The translations under genes were made by a program, and so were the position numbers. From contig JBGSTX010000091.1 of the NCBI GenBank assembly GCA_041736305.1, positions 1 to 19,319 on the forward strand: DNA of 19,319 bases. Reading direction: 5' to 3'. Under the pieces are notes generated by a model, which was given only the letters and a program-made list of their open reading frames with translations, made no database searches and was not told the origin of the DNA. The stretch comes from Oligoflexus sp. Lineage in GTDB: Bacteria > Bdellovibrionota_B > Oligoflexia > Oligoflexales > Oligoflexaceae. This document shows positions 1 to 7,413 of this stretch, piece after piece. The number at the start of each line of letters is the position of its first letter. Position 1 is the stretch's first letter.

Positions 1-178
1 CCAAAGTTTTTGTTTGCTTATAGAGGGCTTTTGCCTCTTCCTGGGTTGGGGGTCGATCGAGCAACGCATGTGATAGAAAGCGCAGAGTTCTCAGTTCATC
101 AAAGGGCGCAGCTAAAAGGCTGGATGATAAAAAGCTGAGCCATAGCATGGCAAGGCTACTTTTAAGTGAAAAGCTCAT
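1..178 (-). CDS. Partial secreted protein (N-terminus only; runs off window), third gene of the DUF1501 operon
   Basis: Manual translation from ATG at 178: MSFSLKSSLAMLWLSFLSSSLLAAPFDELRTLRFLSHALLDRPPTQEEAKALYKQTKTL, open to the window edge. GGAGG RBS ~8 nt upstream; overlaps the DUF1501 stop; Sec-like signal peptide; L-x-RPPT-x-EE motif as in DUF1549/DUF1553/DUF1592-type partners. Not in the ORF track. Confidence 0.75.
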   Translation of the reverse strand, partial: MSFSLKSSLAMLWLSFLSSSLLAAPFDELRTLRFLSHALLDRPPTQEEAKALYKQTKTL

Positions 179-1502
179 GGATTCGGCCTCCACTTATGGA
201 ATTAGCAAGCTCTGCAAAACCCATGGTATCAAGCAGGGACGCTACCAGCATCTCGGGAGTGATCTGCGTTTCTGGGGTGCGAGCGGTGGCTTGCCCGTTC
301 AACCAACCCTGAGCTTGTGCCTGATTATCAGTTCTGCCAATCACTCTATTATCAAGCACGCCCTTTCCCATTACTATGGCCGAGGCTGAAGGCCAATGAT
401 CGGTGCCGAGGGCAGCATTAAAAGAAGGACTGCGCACAAATTCCGAGCTGATGAGAATCGTGGTGTTATCCATAAGACTCGAACTGGGGTGCTGCGGATC
501 AGCTGTGTTGAGCAGGTCATTGACAAGGATAGCGAGTTGCGAGGCGAAGAGGCGGAGCAAAGGCACATGCTGCGTTAGATGATTGGAGTGGGTATCAAAG
601 CCATCGATGCTGACGGTAACAAACGGTGAAAGGCCCGATGCCAGCGTTAAAAAGGCGCTTGGCATCAGGCTTTTAGGACTCCAATCTTCGGTGACGCCAT
701 AGCGGTCTTTGATAGTCTGATCCAGTGCCAGCTTTTTGCCAACCCCCGTTGCATAGAGTTGATCCAACTGACTGGAGGCACTTTGCCACCCGGCCATAGC
801 ATTCTGGGCACTTTGATTCTGGCCTTCTCGGTGGATTTCATCTAACTGCTTGATCAGGCTATGCACGGGATCAAAGCTACTGCTTTTTACATACTGATTA
901 AAGGGTCCTCGCAGCATCTCAGCAAGGCCAGCACCGTTCTGCGCTTGCAGGGGTGGATTGGTCATCTTGCTGCCACCCAACGGAATGGGTCCTCCTAACA
1001 CAACATGGGCCGGAAAGCTGCCTGACGCCAGACCCATGAGCGCAGTCAGCGCTGGATACTCTCGACTGCGCGACAAACTTAAAACTCCAGAAAACATATA
1101 ATTTTGTGCCAGTTCATGAGCGGTGACTTCAGTAAATATCCCATTGATAAATGCTGTAGGTACAGCCGCAAACGCTTGTTTCGCAGGCTCAAGTCCCCAG
1201 CCGCCGATCAGACTAGGTTTACCTGAAACCGCAAAGGTGCCTAGGTTTTGATAGGCCGCGTTGTAGACTGAGCTGGAAAGTTTTGTGCCGATCACAGGAT
1301 CGCAGGCGAGGTGAGCATCCCATCCGCCTCTCAGGAAAATATGCAAAAACTTTCGACCATTCGTGGCGGCCTGCGCTAGTGGTACATGCATAAGCGATGT
1401 GAGCGGCAGCTTGTGGGAAAGCTGTGCCCAGGCCAGCAATTCCGCTGCGCCTAGTAAAAGGGTTCGCCGGGAGCACGGAGGTTTTTTCTTAAATTTGCTC
1501 AT
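162..1502 (-). CDS. DUF1501 domain protein with Tat signal
   Basis: Start reassigned to ATG 1502 (ATGA overlap with upstream stop). SRRTLL twin-arginine motif; family motifs FLRGGWD..DP, FDTHSNH, SEFVRSP (cf. SEFGRTP), GTDHW. Confidence 0.88.
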   Translation of the reverse strand: MSKFKKKPPCSRRTLLLGAAELLAWAQLSHKLPLTSLMHVPLAQAATNGRKFLHIFLRGGWDAHLACDPVIGTKLSSSVYNAAYQNLGTFAVSGKPSLIGGWGLEPAKQAFAAVPTAFINGIFTEVTAHELAQNYMFSGVLSLSRSREYPALTALMGLASGSFPAHVVLGGPIPLGGSKMTNPPLQAQNGAGLAEMLRGPFNQYVKSSSFDPVHSLIKQLDEIHREGQNQSAQNAMAGWQSASSQLDQLYATGVGKKLALDQTIKDRYGVTEDWSPKSLMPSAFLTLASGLSPFVTVSIDGFDTHSNHLTQHVPLLRLFASQLAILVNDLLNTADPQHPSSSLMDNTTILISSEFVRSPSFNAALGTDHWPSASAIVMGKGVLDNRVIGRTDNQAQAQGWLNGQATARTPETQITPEMLVASLLDTMGFAELANSISGGRIHELFT

Positions 1503-2176
1503 ACCGTCCAAAACTCCTGACTCGACAAGAGTGCATAAAGAACGAGAACCCAGACAGTCGGCGGCCACTGCTCGCGTTGCATGATGTCAATGGCCGTTGA
1601 GCGCAGCAAATCTAATTCAGCAGCACGGGGCGGACGACCATAAAGTCGCCAATAGAAATCTTCTAACTGCGCTAACCAACGATCTTCCTGCGCCTGCAAC
1701 ATTTCAATGTCTGCATTTTGATCCTCTCGCTCTTCCGGCAGGATCGGATGATCGGTGGTAAGATCACAATGCTGAAAAAGAAGGGGACCGTTTGTATCAG
1801 GTTTAGCCTCACGCCAGACTACGGCCGCTGCGACGTCATAGGCGATACGGCGAATCAAGAGCAAGGTTTGAACCTTAGGTATGGGATCGCGTTTATTGGC
1901 ACTGATGAAGTCTATTCCCCCAAGGGGAACTCCATACTGCTCAATAATAAGGTCATGAAAGCGACCATCGTCATCAGTCCAACCTAATTCAAATTGCAAA
2001 GCTTGTTTTAATTGCCTTGAGATTTGTTCTGGAGTGAGGCGTATGACGGCCTGGGCTGGGGCAATATATTCCGCACCGGCATACTCTGCTGCTGTCTCTG
2101 CCTCTTTGGAGTCCTTCCGGCACTTGCAGCTGCAGAAGGAGATCGTGATGAAAAGTAAGAAAGTAAGTAATCGCAT
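1499..2176 (-). CDS. Putative lipoprotein, DUF1501 partner (DUF1553-like C-terminus)
   Basis: MRLLTFLLFITISFCSC lipobox-like leader (ATG 2176); RLTPEQI near N-terminus; C-terminal LYGRPPRAAEL...LYALLSSQEF; translationally coupled to the DUF1501 gene. Confidence 0.7.
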   Translation of the reverse strand: MRLLTFLLFITISFCSCKCRKDSKEAETAAEYAGAEYIAPAQAVIRLTPEQISRQLKQALQFELGWTDDDGRFHDLIIEQYGVPLGGIDFISANKRDPIPKVQTLLLIRRIAYDVAAAVVWREAKPDTNGPLLFQHCDLTTDHPILPEEREDQNADIEMLQAQEDRWLAQLEDFYWRLYGRPPRAAELDLLRSTAIDIMQREQWPPTVWVLVLYALLSSQEFWTV

Positions 2177-2636
2177 TCCGAAGGCCAACCTTTGCTAGGG
2201 CGTCTCTATCTCGCCAATTCTAGTTTAGCATCGGTTCTTTTGTGAAAATCCTAAGGACATAGTTTAAAAAATTGATTTGTCTTTCCCTATGCTTAAAGCA
2301 TAATCAGACTACGCGCTGCGTGTAGACTGCAATGCTGGGAGAATAACAAAGCCTGTCGCCTGGTGATTCCCTAAGAGTTGCATGATTCTCAAAGTCATGC
2401 TGTCATCTCGTAGACAGCCAGCTACCGCTGCGAATCCGTCAACATCAGAGCCGGTGGCGTCCCGGATAGTGATAACAGGTGCATGGGCCGAGTCGCAGCG
2501 GTAGATATCGCCCTCAGGCTGAAGAACGTGCAAAAGAGTGCCTAAAATCTATCGATAGTAAGGAGACCTCTACTTAGAAAGTGAGCATGGAGACTCACGG
2601 GCGCTGTCGAACAGAAGTCTCATGCTGCGATAAAAC

Positions 2637-2987
2637 TCACATTTCGAGAAGCGGCTTAAATCCGCCCCAGAACATCCGCTTCCCATCGAAGGGCATAGAT
2701 TCAGGTTTGGACAGGCGCGAATCTTTCATCGCTACTTCCCAGGCCTTATCGCGAGTTTTCTTGTCTGGCCATACGCAAAACGATGCGACTACAGTTTCAT
2801 TATCTTCAGCATTCACTGCGCGGTAGAAATCGGTGACCTTTCCACGCGGTACGTCGTCGGCCGTGGCTTCGCAGTAGCTGAGCATACCTTGCTCTTTCAT
2901 GACTATCGCGAAAGTCTCCGCTATGGCCTTGTACGCGGCCTCGTTGCCTTTTGGGAGAGGCAAGCAGAAGAAATCAACATAGCTCAT
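2637..2987 (-). CDS. DUF1428 (YbaA-like) protein
   Basis: MSYVDFFCLP...ADDVPRGKVTDFYRAV...ETVVASF..WPDK..RD...MPFDGKRMFWGGF matches the DUF1428 pattern; ATG 2987 preceded by AAGGA RBS. Confidence 0.93.
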   Translation of the reverse strand: MSYVDFFCLPLPKGNEAAYKAIAETFAIVMKEQGMLSYCEATADDVPRGKVTDFYRAVNAEDNETVVASFCVWPDKKTRDKAWEVAMKDSRLSKPESMPFDGKRMFWGGFKPLLEM

Positions 2988-3046
2988 GGCGATATTCCTT
3001 TCTCTCAACAGACGGGTGGATCTGCGGGAAACGCCCGCACGCGACC

Positions 3047-3412
3047 CTAGCCAAAGCACGCTAACACAGCTGGAATGCAGACGGCCATGGAGTCAAATAT
3101 GTAATCATCGTATGTACGGATCCCAGCTTTCTCCTGAGCAATGAAGGCGGATTCTCCCGCGTTCAAAGTAAAGGTACGTTCGTACCTAAGCCCTGCCAAC
3201 CTAGACAAACGAACAATGCTGAGGGTACACCCCTGCAGCCGCGTAGTGGCATCACCAATCTGCAAGGCTTGGTTTTCAACTTCGGTGCGATAGAGCCAGC
3301 GTCGTCCGCTAGGCGACGTTATTTTGAGAAGGACCTTGCTAAGAGGAGGCGTGGCTATGAAATTTCTGAGTCGCCAGCGAAAGCCTTCGAGAGTTGCTCC
3401 CGTATGCGTCAC
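3047..3412 (-). CDS. Hypothetical protein or 3' remnant of a decayed gene
   Basis: 121-aa ORF with plausible composition but no recognised motif. GTG start overlaps a 6-codon ORF (MLTNRW*) that carries the AGGAG RBS. Confidence 0.3.
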   Translation of the reverse strand: MTHTGATLEGFRWRLRNFIATPPLSKVLLKITSPSGRRWLYRTEVENQALQIGDATTRLQGCTLSIVRLSRLAGLRYERTFTLNAGESAFIAQEKAGIRTYDDYIFDSMAVCIPAVLACFG

Positions 3413-3854
3413 CAGCGATTCGTCAGCATGGGAAAATTGCTCCTTTAAAACCAGCAGGAATGGGAATATTCTTGTTCGTCACCGTATCTTAGCGACACTC
3501 CAAACTTTCGCTCTGAACACGGATTGTCTGCGTAGAGGGTATAGTCATCCGAACGACTGCTGGCACATCGAGAATCTCAAGCGAGAACTTCAGAATCATG
3601 AAGCCGCGTACATGAAAATCTGTACAAAACCATTTCGCTAGAGCGCTTTTGGTGATCGCTTGCATCAGCTTCAGCAGCACTATTTCACAGGGACGGGCAG
3701 GGACTACATAAAGGCCCCGATGCAGTGTTAAAGCATGGATGAGTTCGCGGTGCTATCCAGCTCTATTTTGGCTTCTTCTTGCCCTGATGGAGGCTATTAG
3801 TTTAAGCTTCTCCAAAGAAATCAAAATTTATAGCGATTATTTCGGAGAATATCT

Positions 3855-4613
3855 GTGAAAAAGAGTTTGAGCCTCCTATGTATTCTTTCCTGGCTTAATT
3901 TCCTTGCCTGTCAGTCGATTTCAGATAAAAAAGTTGAGCCTGCCGAGGAAGGTGCGCAGGTTAAATCCGCAGATGCGATAGACTCAGCAGATGCGCTGGA
4001 CTCACTCGATTCCATGGATGCGATGTCTGCCTTCCGGCTGCCCCGCGGAGTCTTCACAGTCTCATTCTACGATCCAAGTCGCTTATCAACGCGCTGCCCT
4101 GCCCCCAAGGGATTGAGTTCGAGCAATGGAATAAGCCCAGCAGAAGGCGCTTTTGGAATCGTCTGCAATGATAACTGGATTGCGTTGAATAATCCCGCTG
4201 ATGTCCCTGATGTCGAATATACCGATATCCAGCATGTCAAAGCCAAAGGCTATAATATCAATTCGAACGAAGAATATCTTAAGTTAGCCTTGGAGAAGTG
4301 TAACGGCAAATGCGTAAGGATGAGAAACAATCGCTACGAGATCAACGTGCCCCAATGCAAAAAAATGTGCTCAAACAGAACCTATTACTTAAAAACCAAT
4401 AAGAGCGGCAGAAAGTCGTTCAAAGTGTTCGTGGAATCGGCATGCCCAGCACGCCATTGGAAGAACTACTTCAAAGCAGCTGTCGGAGTTGACGATAACC
4501 ACTGTGATCGCGCCAATCATGTCGATGTTTCGACTGGTATGTTTAGTTCTGAATTTGGTTTCACACCCCAAATGCAGGATCGCGTCCTCGCCTATATCAT
4601 CAGGAAGTTGTGA
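3855..4613 (+). CDS. Lipoprotein with divergent RlpA/expansin-like double-psi beta-barrel (DPBB) domain
   Basis: GTG start with GGAGA RBS; FLAC lipobox; ordered motifs SFYD / GAFG..C..WIALN / CNGKCV / KVFVESACP / C...HVDVSTGMF parallel the DPBB pattern TxY / GACG..AL / CGxCV / VxVxDxCP / C..HxDLS..AF. Confidence 0.65.
   Translation: MKKSLSLLCILSWLNFLACQSISDKKVEPAEEGAQVKSADAIDSADALDSLDSMDAMSAFRLPRGVFTVSFYDPSRLSTRCPAPKGLSSSNGISPAEGAFGIVCNDNWIALNNPADVPDVEYTDIQHVKAKGYNINSNEEYLKLALEKCNGKCVRMRNNRYEINVPQCKKMCSNRTYYLKTNKSGRKSFKVFVESACPARHWKNYFKAAVGVDDNHCDRANHVDVSTGMFSSEFGFTPQMQDRVLAYIIRKL
3966..4019 (+). repeat. Degenerate 18-nt tandem repeat encoding SADAIDSADALDSLDSMD
   Basis: tccgcagatgcgatagac / tcagcagatgcgctggac / tcactcgattccatggat; Asp at every third residue. 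Confidence 0.75.
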
Positions 4614-4622
4614 GGCAGGCGA

Positions 4623-4660
4623 GAAAACCGGCCCTCTCCGCGAGGAGAAGGTCGGTTTTC
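4623..4660. terminator. Long hairpin after the DPBB gene (likely terminator between convergent genes)
   Basis: gaaaaccggccctctcc-GCGA-ggagaaggtcggttttc: 17-bp stem (one mismatch, one G-U) with a GNRA tetraloop, 10 nt after the stop. Confidence 0.65.
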
Positions 4661-4961
4661 GAGAAGCGGAAATCAGCTCACTCTATGCGATGGGGCTTTA
4701 CATGGGCTTCGGTAAGCCTGTCAAGTCTGCTGCCTTCCTGCAATCAGCCACTCGGGGTAGACCTCGGCACGGAACCTTGTGATGCATCGATGCGCTTGTT
4801 TTATTACCTACGGGCAGTTCGACTCGCCCCAGTCTTTGGCTCGACCTGCGCTATAGGCGTTAACGCTTGACCTGTAAACACCCTGCTGCCAGATTTCTGA
4901 ACCAGGTCGCAAGCTAGGAATATTTCCGACCAGCGGGTGCTCAAGGTCCCCCGTTGAGGAA

Positions 4962-5471
4962 TTAGATCGAGCGAGGGGTCACGCGACAGCTGAATTGCTG
5001 GCGATCGGTTTCAGCCGTCTTCACAAAGGTGCAGATAAGAGGAGATGCGGCCAGGGCCTTGAGGTTTAGACCGAACACCGGGTTGAGCGGCACACCAGCT
5101 TTGGCAAGAGTCAGGGCAAGGGTTTTGGCATTTTCGCCGGCTATGTCGACTTTTTTATCATAATAGGTAACACCGTTGCAGCTGTTGGCTTCTTGGTAAG
5201 TATTGCCATGAGGTGAGGTCAGTTCAATGTAGCCGACGTTGCAGAACAGTGATTTTACCATCCACAGGGTCTCTATTTTAGCGATGGGGCCCGGCAGGTA
5301 CTCAGTTGCCACATTCTCATCAAGGAGAATGTTGATCACGACGGCAGAGTCTTCGGGGCTCATGATGATGTCGTCATGAGCGATAGCATTCTGAGATTGC
5401 AGACCAGAATTCTGACTGCTGCCGCAGGCTGTGATGAAACTAAGGGTCAGTGCCAGAGTGAGATTTTTCAT
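4962..5471 (-). CDS. Hypothetical lipoprotein, probably two copies of a small Cys-pair domain
   Basis: ATG 5471 with AAGGA RBS; MKNLTLALTLSFITAC lipobox; two halves each with helix...LxC...C. Confidence 0.8.
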   Translation of the reverse strand: MKNLTLALTLSFITACGSSQNSGLQSQNAIAHDDIIMSPEDSAVVINILLDENVATEYLPGPIAKIETLWMVKSLFCNVGYIELTSPHGNTYQEANSCNGVTYYDKKVDIAGENAKTLALTLAKAGVPLNPVFGLNLKALAASPLICTFVKTAETDRQQFSCRVTPRSI

Positions 5472-5682
5472 GCGTATTATCCTTCGTTTGGTGAGTGAGC
5501 TTTCCTTCTGTCGAGCCACTTATAAGGAAGCCCGTTCGGATGGACAAGACCAATCGAGCCTGGCAACTCGCTTTCCACTCTCCGCTAAGCTCGATCTGAG
5601 AGTGCTATCTGGCCAAAGCATTCAGGACCTTCGCTCTGCTTTGCTCAGGCGTGATGGAAGTCCCCGAGTGTCAGCGCAGCTG

Positions 5683-5715
5683 AAAAAGAAAAAGGCGAGC
5701 GGGATGCTCGCCTTT
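5683..5715 (-). terminator. Rho-independent terminator
   Basis: Perfect 10-bp inverted repeat aaaggcgagc-gggat-gctcgccttt with an adjacent A-run (U-tract on the minus strand), 30 nt after the stop of the 5746-6108 gene. Confidence 0.85.
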
Positions 5716-5745
5716 GTTGGGCCTTGGACAGGAGAGGACTTACTT

Positions 5746-6108
5746 CTAGTTGTTGTGGACATTGCCGACGCCGATAATACTCGGTTGGCTCTCATCACAG
5801 GCGCTGCCATCGACCAACTTCGCGGCTTCCTTGTCAATTCCGATGAAGCAGCGGACCATGCCCTGGGCATCGTTCACGCAGACCAATGTATCGAGGCGTA
5901 TGCTCACGGCGCTTCCGCAGGGAAGCTGCCTGGCAGCCGGTATCTTGGTCAGAGTATGATAAAGATTCTCAGCTGCTTCGCCGGTCAGGATGATATTAAC
6001 GTTAGATGGTGTTTCGATACTTAAAAATTCACCGACGCTTGTTTCGGCATGACTGATGGAAGAGCAGAGAGCAAGGGTCAGGAGGACAAGGCGGCCAATA
6101 TTTCTCAT
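5746..6108 (-). CDS. Small secreted hypothetical protein
   Basis: ATG 6108 with AGGGAG RBS; signal peptide MRNIGRLVLLTLALCSSISHA; 4 Cys in the mature part; followed by a terminator. Confidence 0.8.
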   Translation of the reverse strand: MRNIGRLVLLTLALCSSISHAETSVGEFLSIETPSNVNIILTGEAAENLYHTLTKIPAARQLPCGSAVSIRLDTLVCVNDAQGMVRCFIGIDKEAAKLVDGSACDESQPSIIGVGNVHNN

Positions 6109-6216
6109 AAGAAACTCCCTTTGGTAGAGCCCCTCTTTAATCCGGGTAAGCCATCTTGTCAAGTTCAATCGATGTGCAGCTTAAGTTAAGATGGGAACAT
6201 AAGAAATTTTATAGGG

Positions 6217-7068
6217 ATGCGATGGATGACTGCGGATTCCAAGATTATCAATGCATTAATGCTCGAATCACCGGACTCCAGTGGCATCCTCGCTCGTCTG
6301 CATCGGCTGCAGAAGAGCCGGTCCAGCAAGTGGTCTATGCAGCTGGTCTGCAGGAAAGTGGGCATTCCGTCCACTGGCTATTTCTCGGACGTGATCAACG
6401 GCAAGCGTAGCTTGCACCCCAAGTACCTGCCTGGCATCAGCAAAACTTTCGGTCTCGATAAGTTGCAGCAGGATTATCTGGCTCTTATGGTCAACCGGGA
6501 CCACAGCCGTGACGATGAAACGCGAAACAAGCTGCAGGCCGAGCTGAAGCAAGTCGCAATCATGATACAGGTGCAGTTCATACCGATTCCAGCCCAGTTA
6601 TCCGACGATCTGCTCTGGCATTTTCTGGTCTTTTCGGCCTTTTCACTGTTCGAGTCGCCACCCACGCAGACCCAGCTTGAGCAGTATTTCGGTCTTGAGT
6701 TGCGCGCCGACATCGATCGCTCACTGACCAAGCTACAGGCAATGGGTCTAATTGAAAGGCAAGGTGACAGCAGCATGCTGGTCAAAAGCCGCATCATTTT
6801 TAGTGAAGCGGAGGATGGATTCTCGCATATCGATTTCACCGAAAAATCGATTCAGGAAGCAGCTCAGAAGGCGCGCTTTTGGTACCAAAAGCCAGATCAA
6901 TCTGCTTTTCTTTCGACAATCATCACCGTGCAGAAGGCTGCTTACGAAGCCGCGCTGCCCACTGTGAGGGCGCGCATTCTCGATATCCTTGCCGATCTCG
7001 ACAGCTCAAATGGCGATCAGATGGTGAAGTTCAATATGCAGCTCTTTCCCTACGATCCCAAGGTTTAG
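6217..7068 (+). CDS. TIGR02147-family / DUF4423 HTH-containing protein (putative regulator)
   Basis: N-terminal XRE-like HTH (WSMQLVCRKVGIPSTGYFSDVINGKRSL...FGL...DYL), central winged helix (L.KL..MGLIE), C-terminus ending in FNMQLFP; ~280 aa, typical of the family. Start could be 6226. Confidence 0.85.
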   Translation: MRWMTADSKIINALMLESPDSSGILARLHRLQKSRSSKWSMQLVCRKVGIPSTGYFSDVINGKRSLHPKYLPGISKTFGLDKLQQDYLALMVNRDHSRDDETRNKLQAELKQVAIMIQVQFIPIPAQLSDDLLWHFLVFSAFSLFESPPTQTQLEQYFGLELRADIDRSLTKLQAMGLIERQGDSSMLVKSRIIFSEAEDGFSHIDFTEKSIQEAAQKARFWYQKPDQSAFLSTIITVQKAAYEAALPTVRARILDILADLDSSNGDQMVKFNMQLFPYDPKV

Positions 7069-7413
7069 GACACGGAGGCTAGTTGCTAAGCCTTTGCTTC
7101 ATAGCCACTGTTAGCTGGATGGCGAGGCCTTTTACACGATCGCTGTGATAGCGCATTGCAAGATGATATTTTCCTTTTCCTACCAACACATGGCATCAGG
7201 CATTCTTGCCACTCCAGTCTGCATGAGTCGCGTGCCTATTCCTCCAAGACACCCGAGAAAGCGCTTCATGAACTTCTTACCCGCAAGTAAAACTTGTGTG
7301 TTTGAAGGTGTAAAAACCCGAATATACTAGAATAAAAATGATCGGGAAAGGTTGCTTAACCAAGGCTCAGGAGCAACCGATGACATTAGATATTGCCTAG
7401 GAGGCCCTGTAGG

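Noticed and set aside
2309..2533. 74-aa minus-strand ORF in the spacer
   Set aside because: TTG start without RBS and no recognisable motif; cannot be supported, though a relic is not excluded.
3324..3641. 105-aa plus-strand ORF
   Set aside because: No motif, weak start, overlaps competing minus-strand fragments; treated under the relic finding.
4811..4830. tRNA T-arm-like GTTCGACTC
   Set aside because: Flanking stem mispairs, and no acceptor stem, D-arm or anticodon arm can be built.
5472..5690. Riboswitch (e.g. c-di-GMP-I) upstream of the lipoprotein
   Set aside because: Only a short gagttgcc similarity; conserved core elements are absent.
5431..6024. 197-aa plus-strand ORF
   Set aside because: Antisense shadow of two genes with RBS and signal peptides; runs through a clear terminator; no motif.
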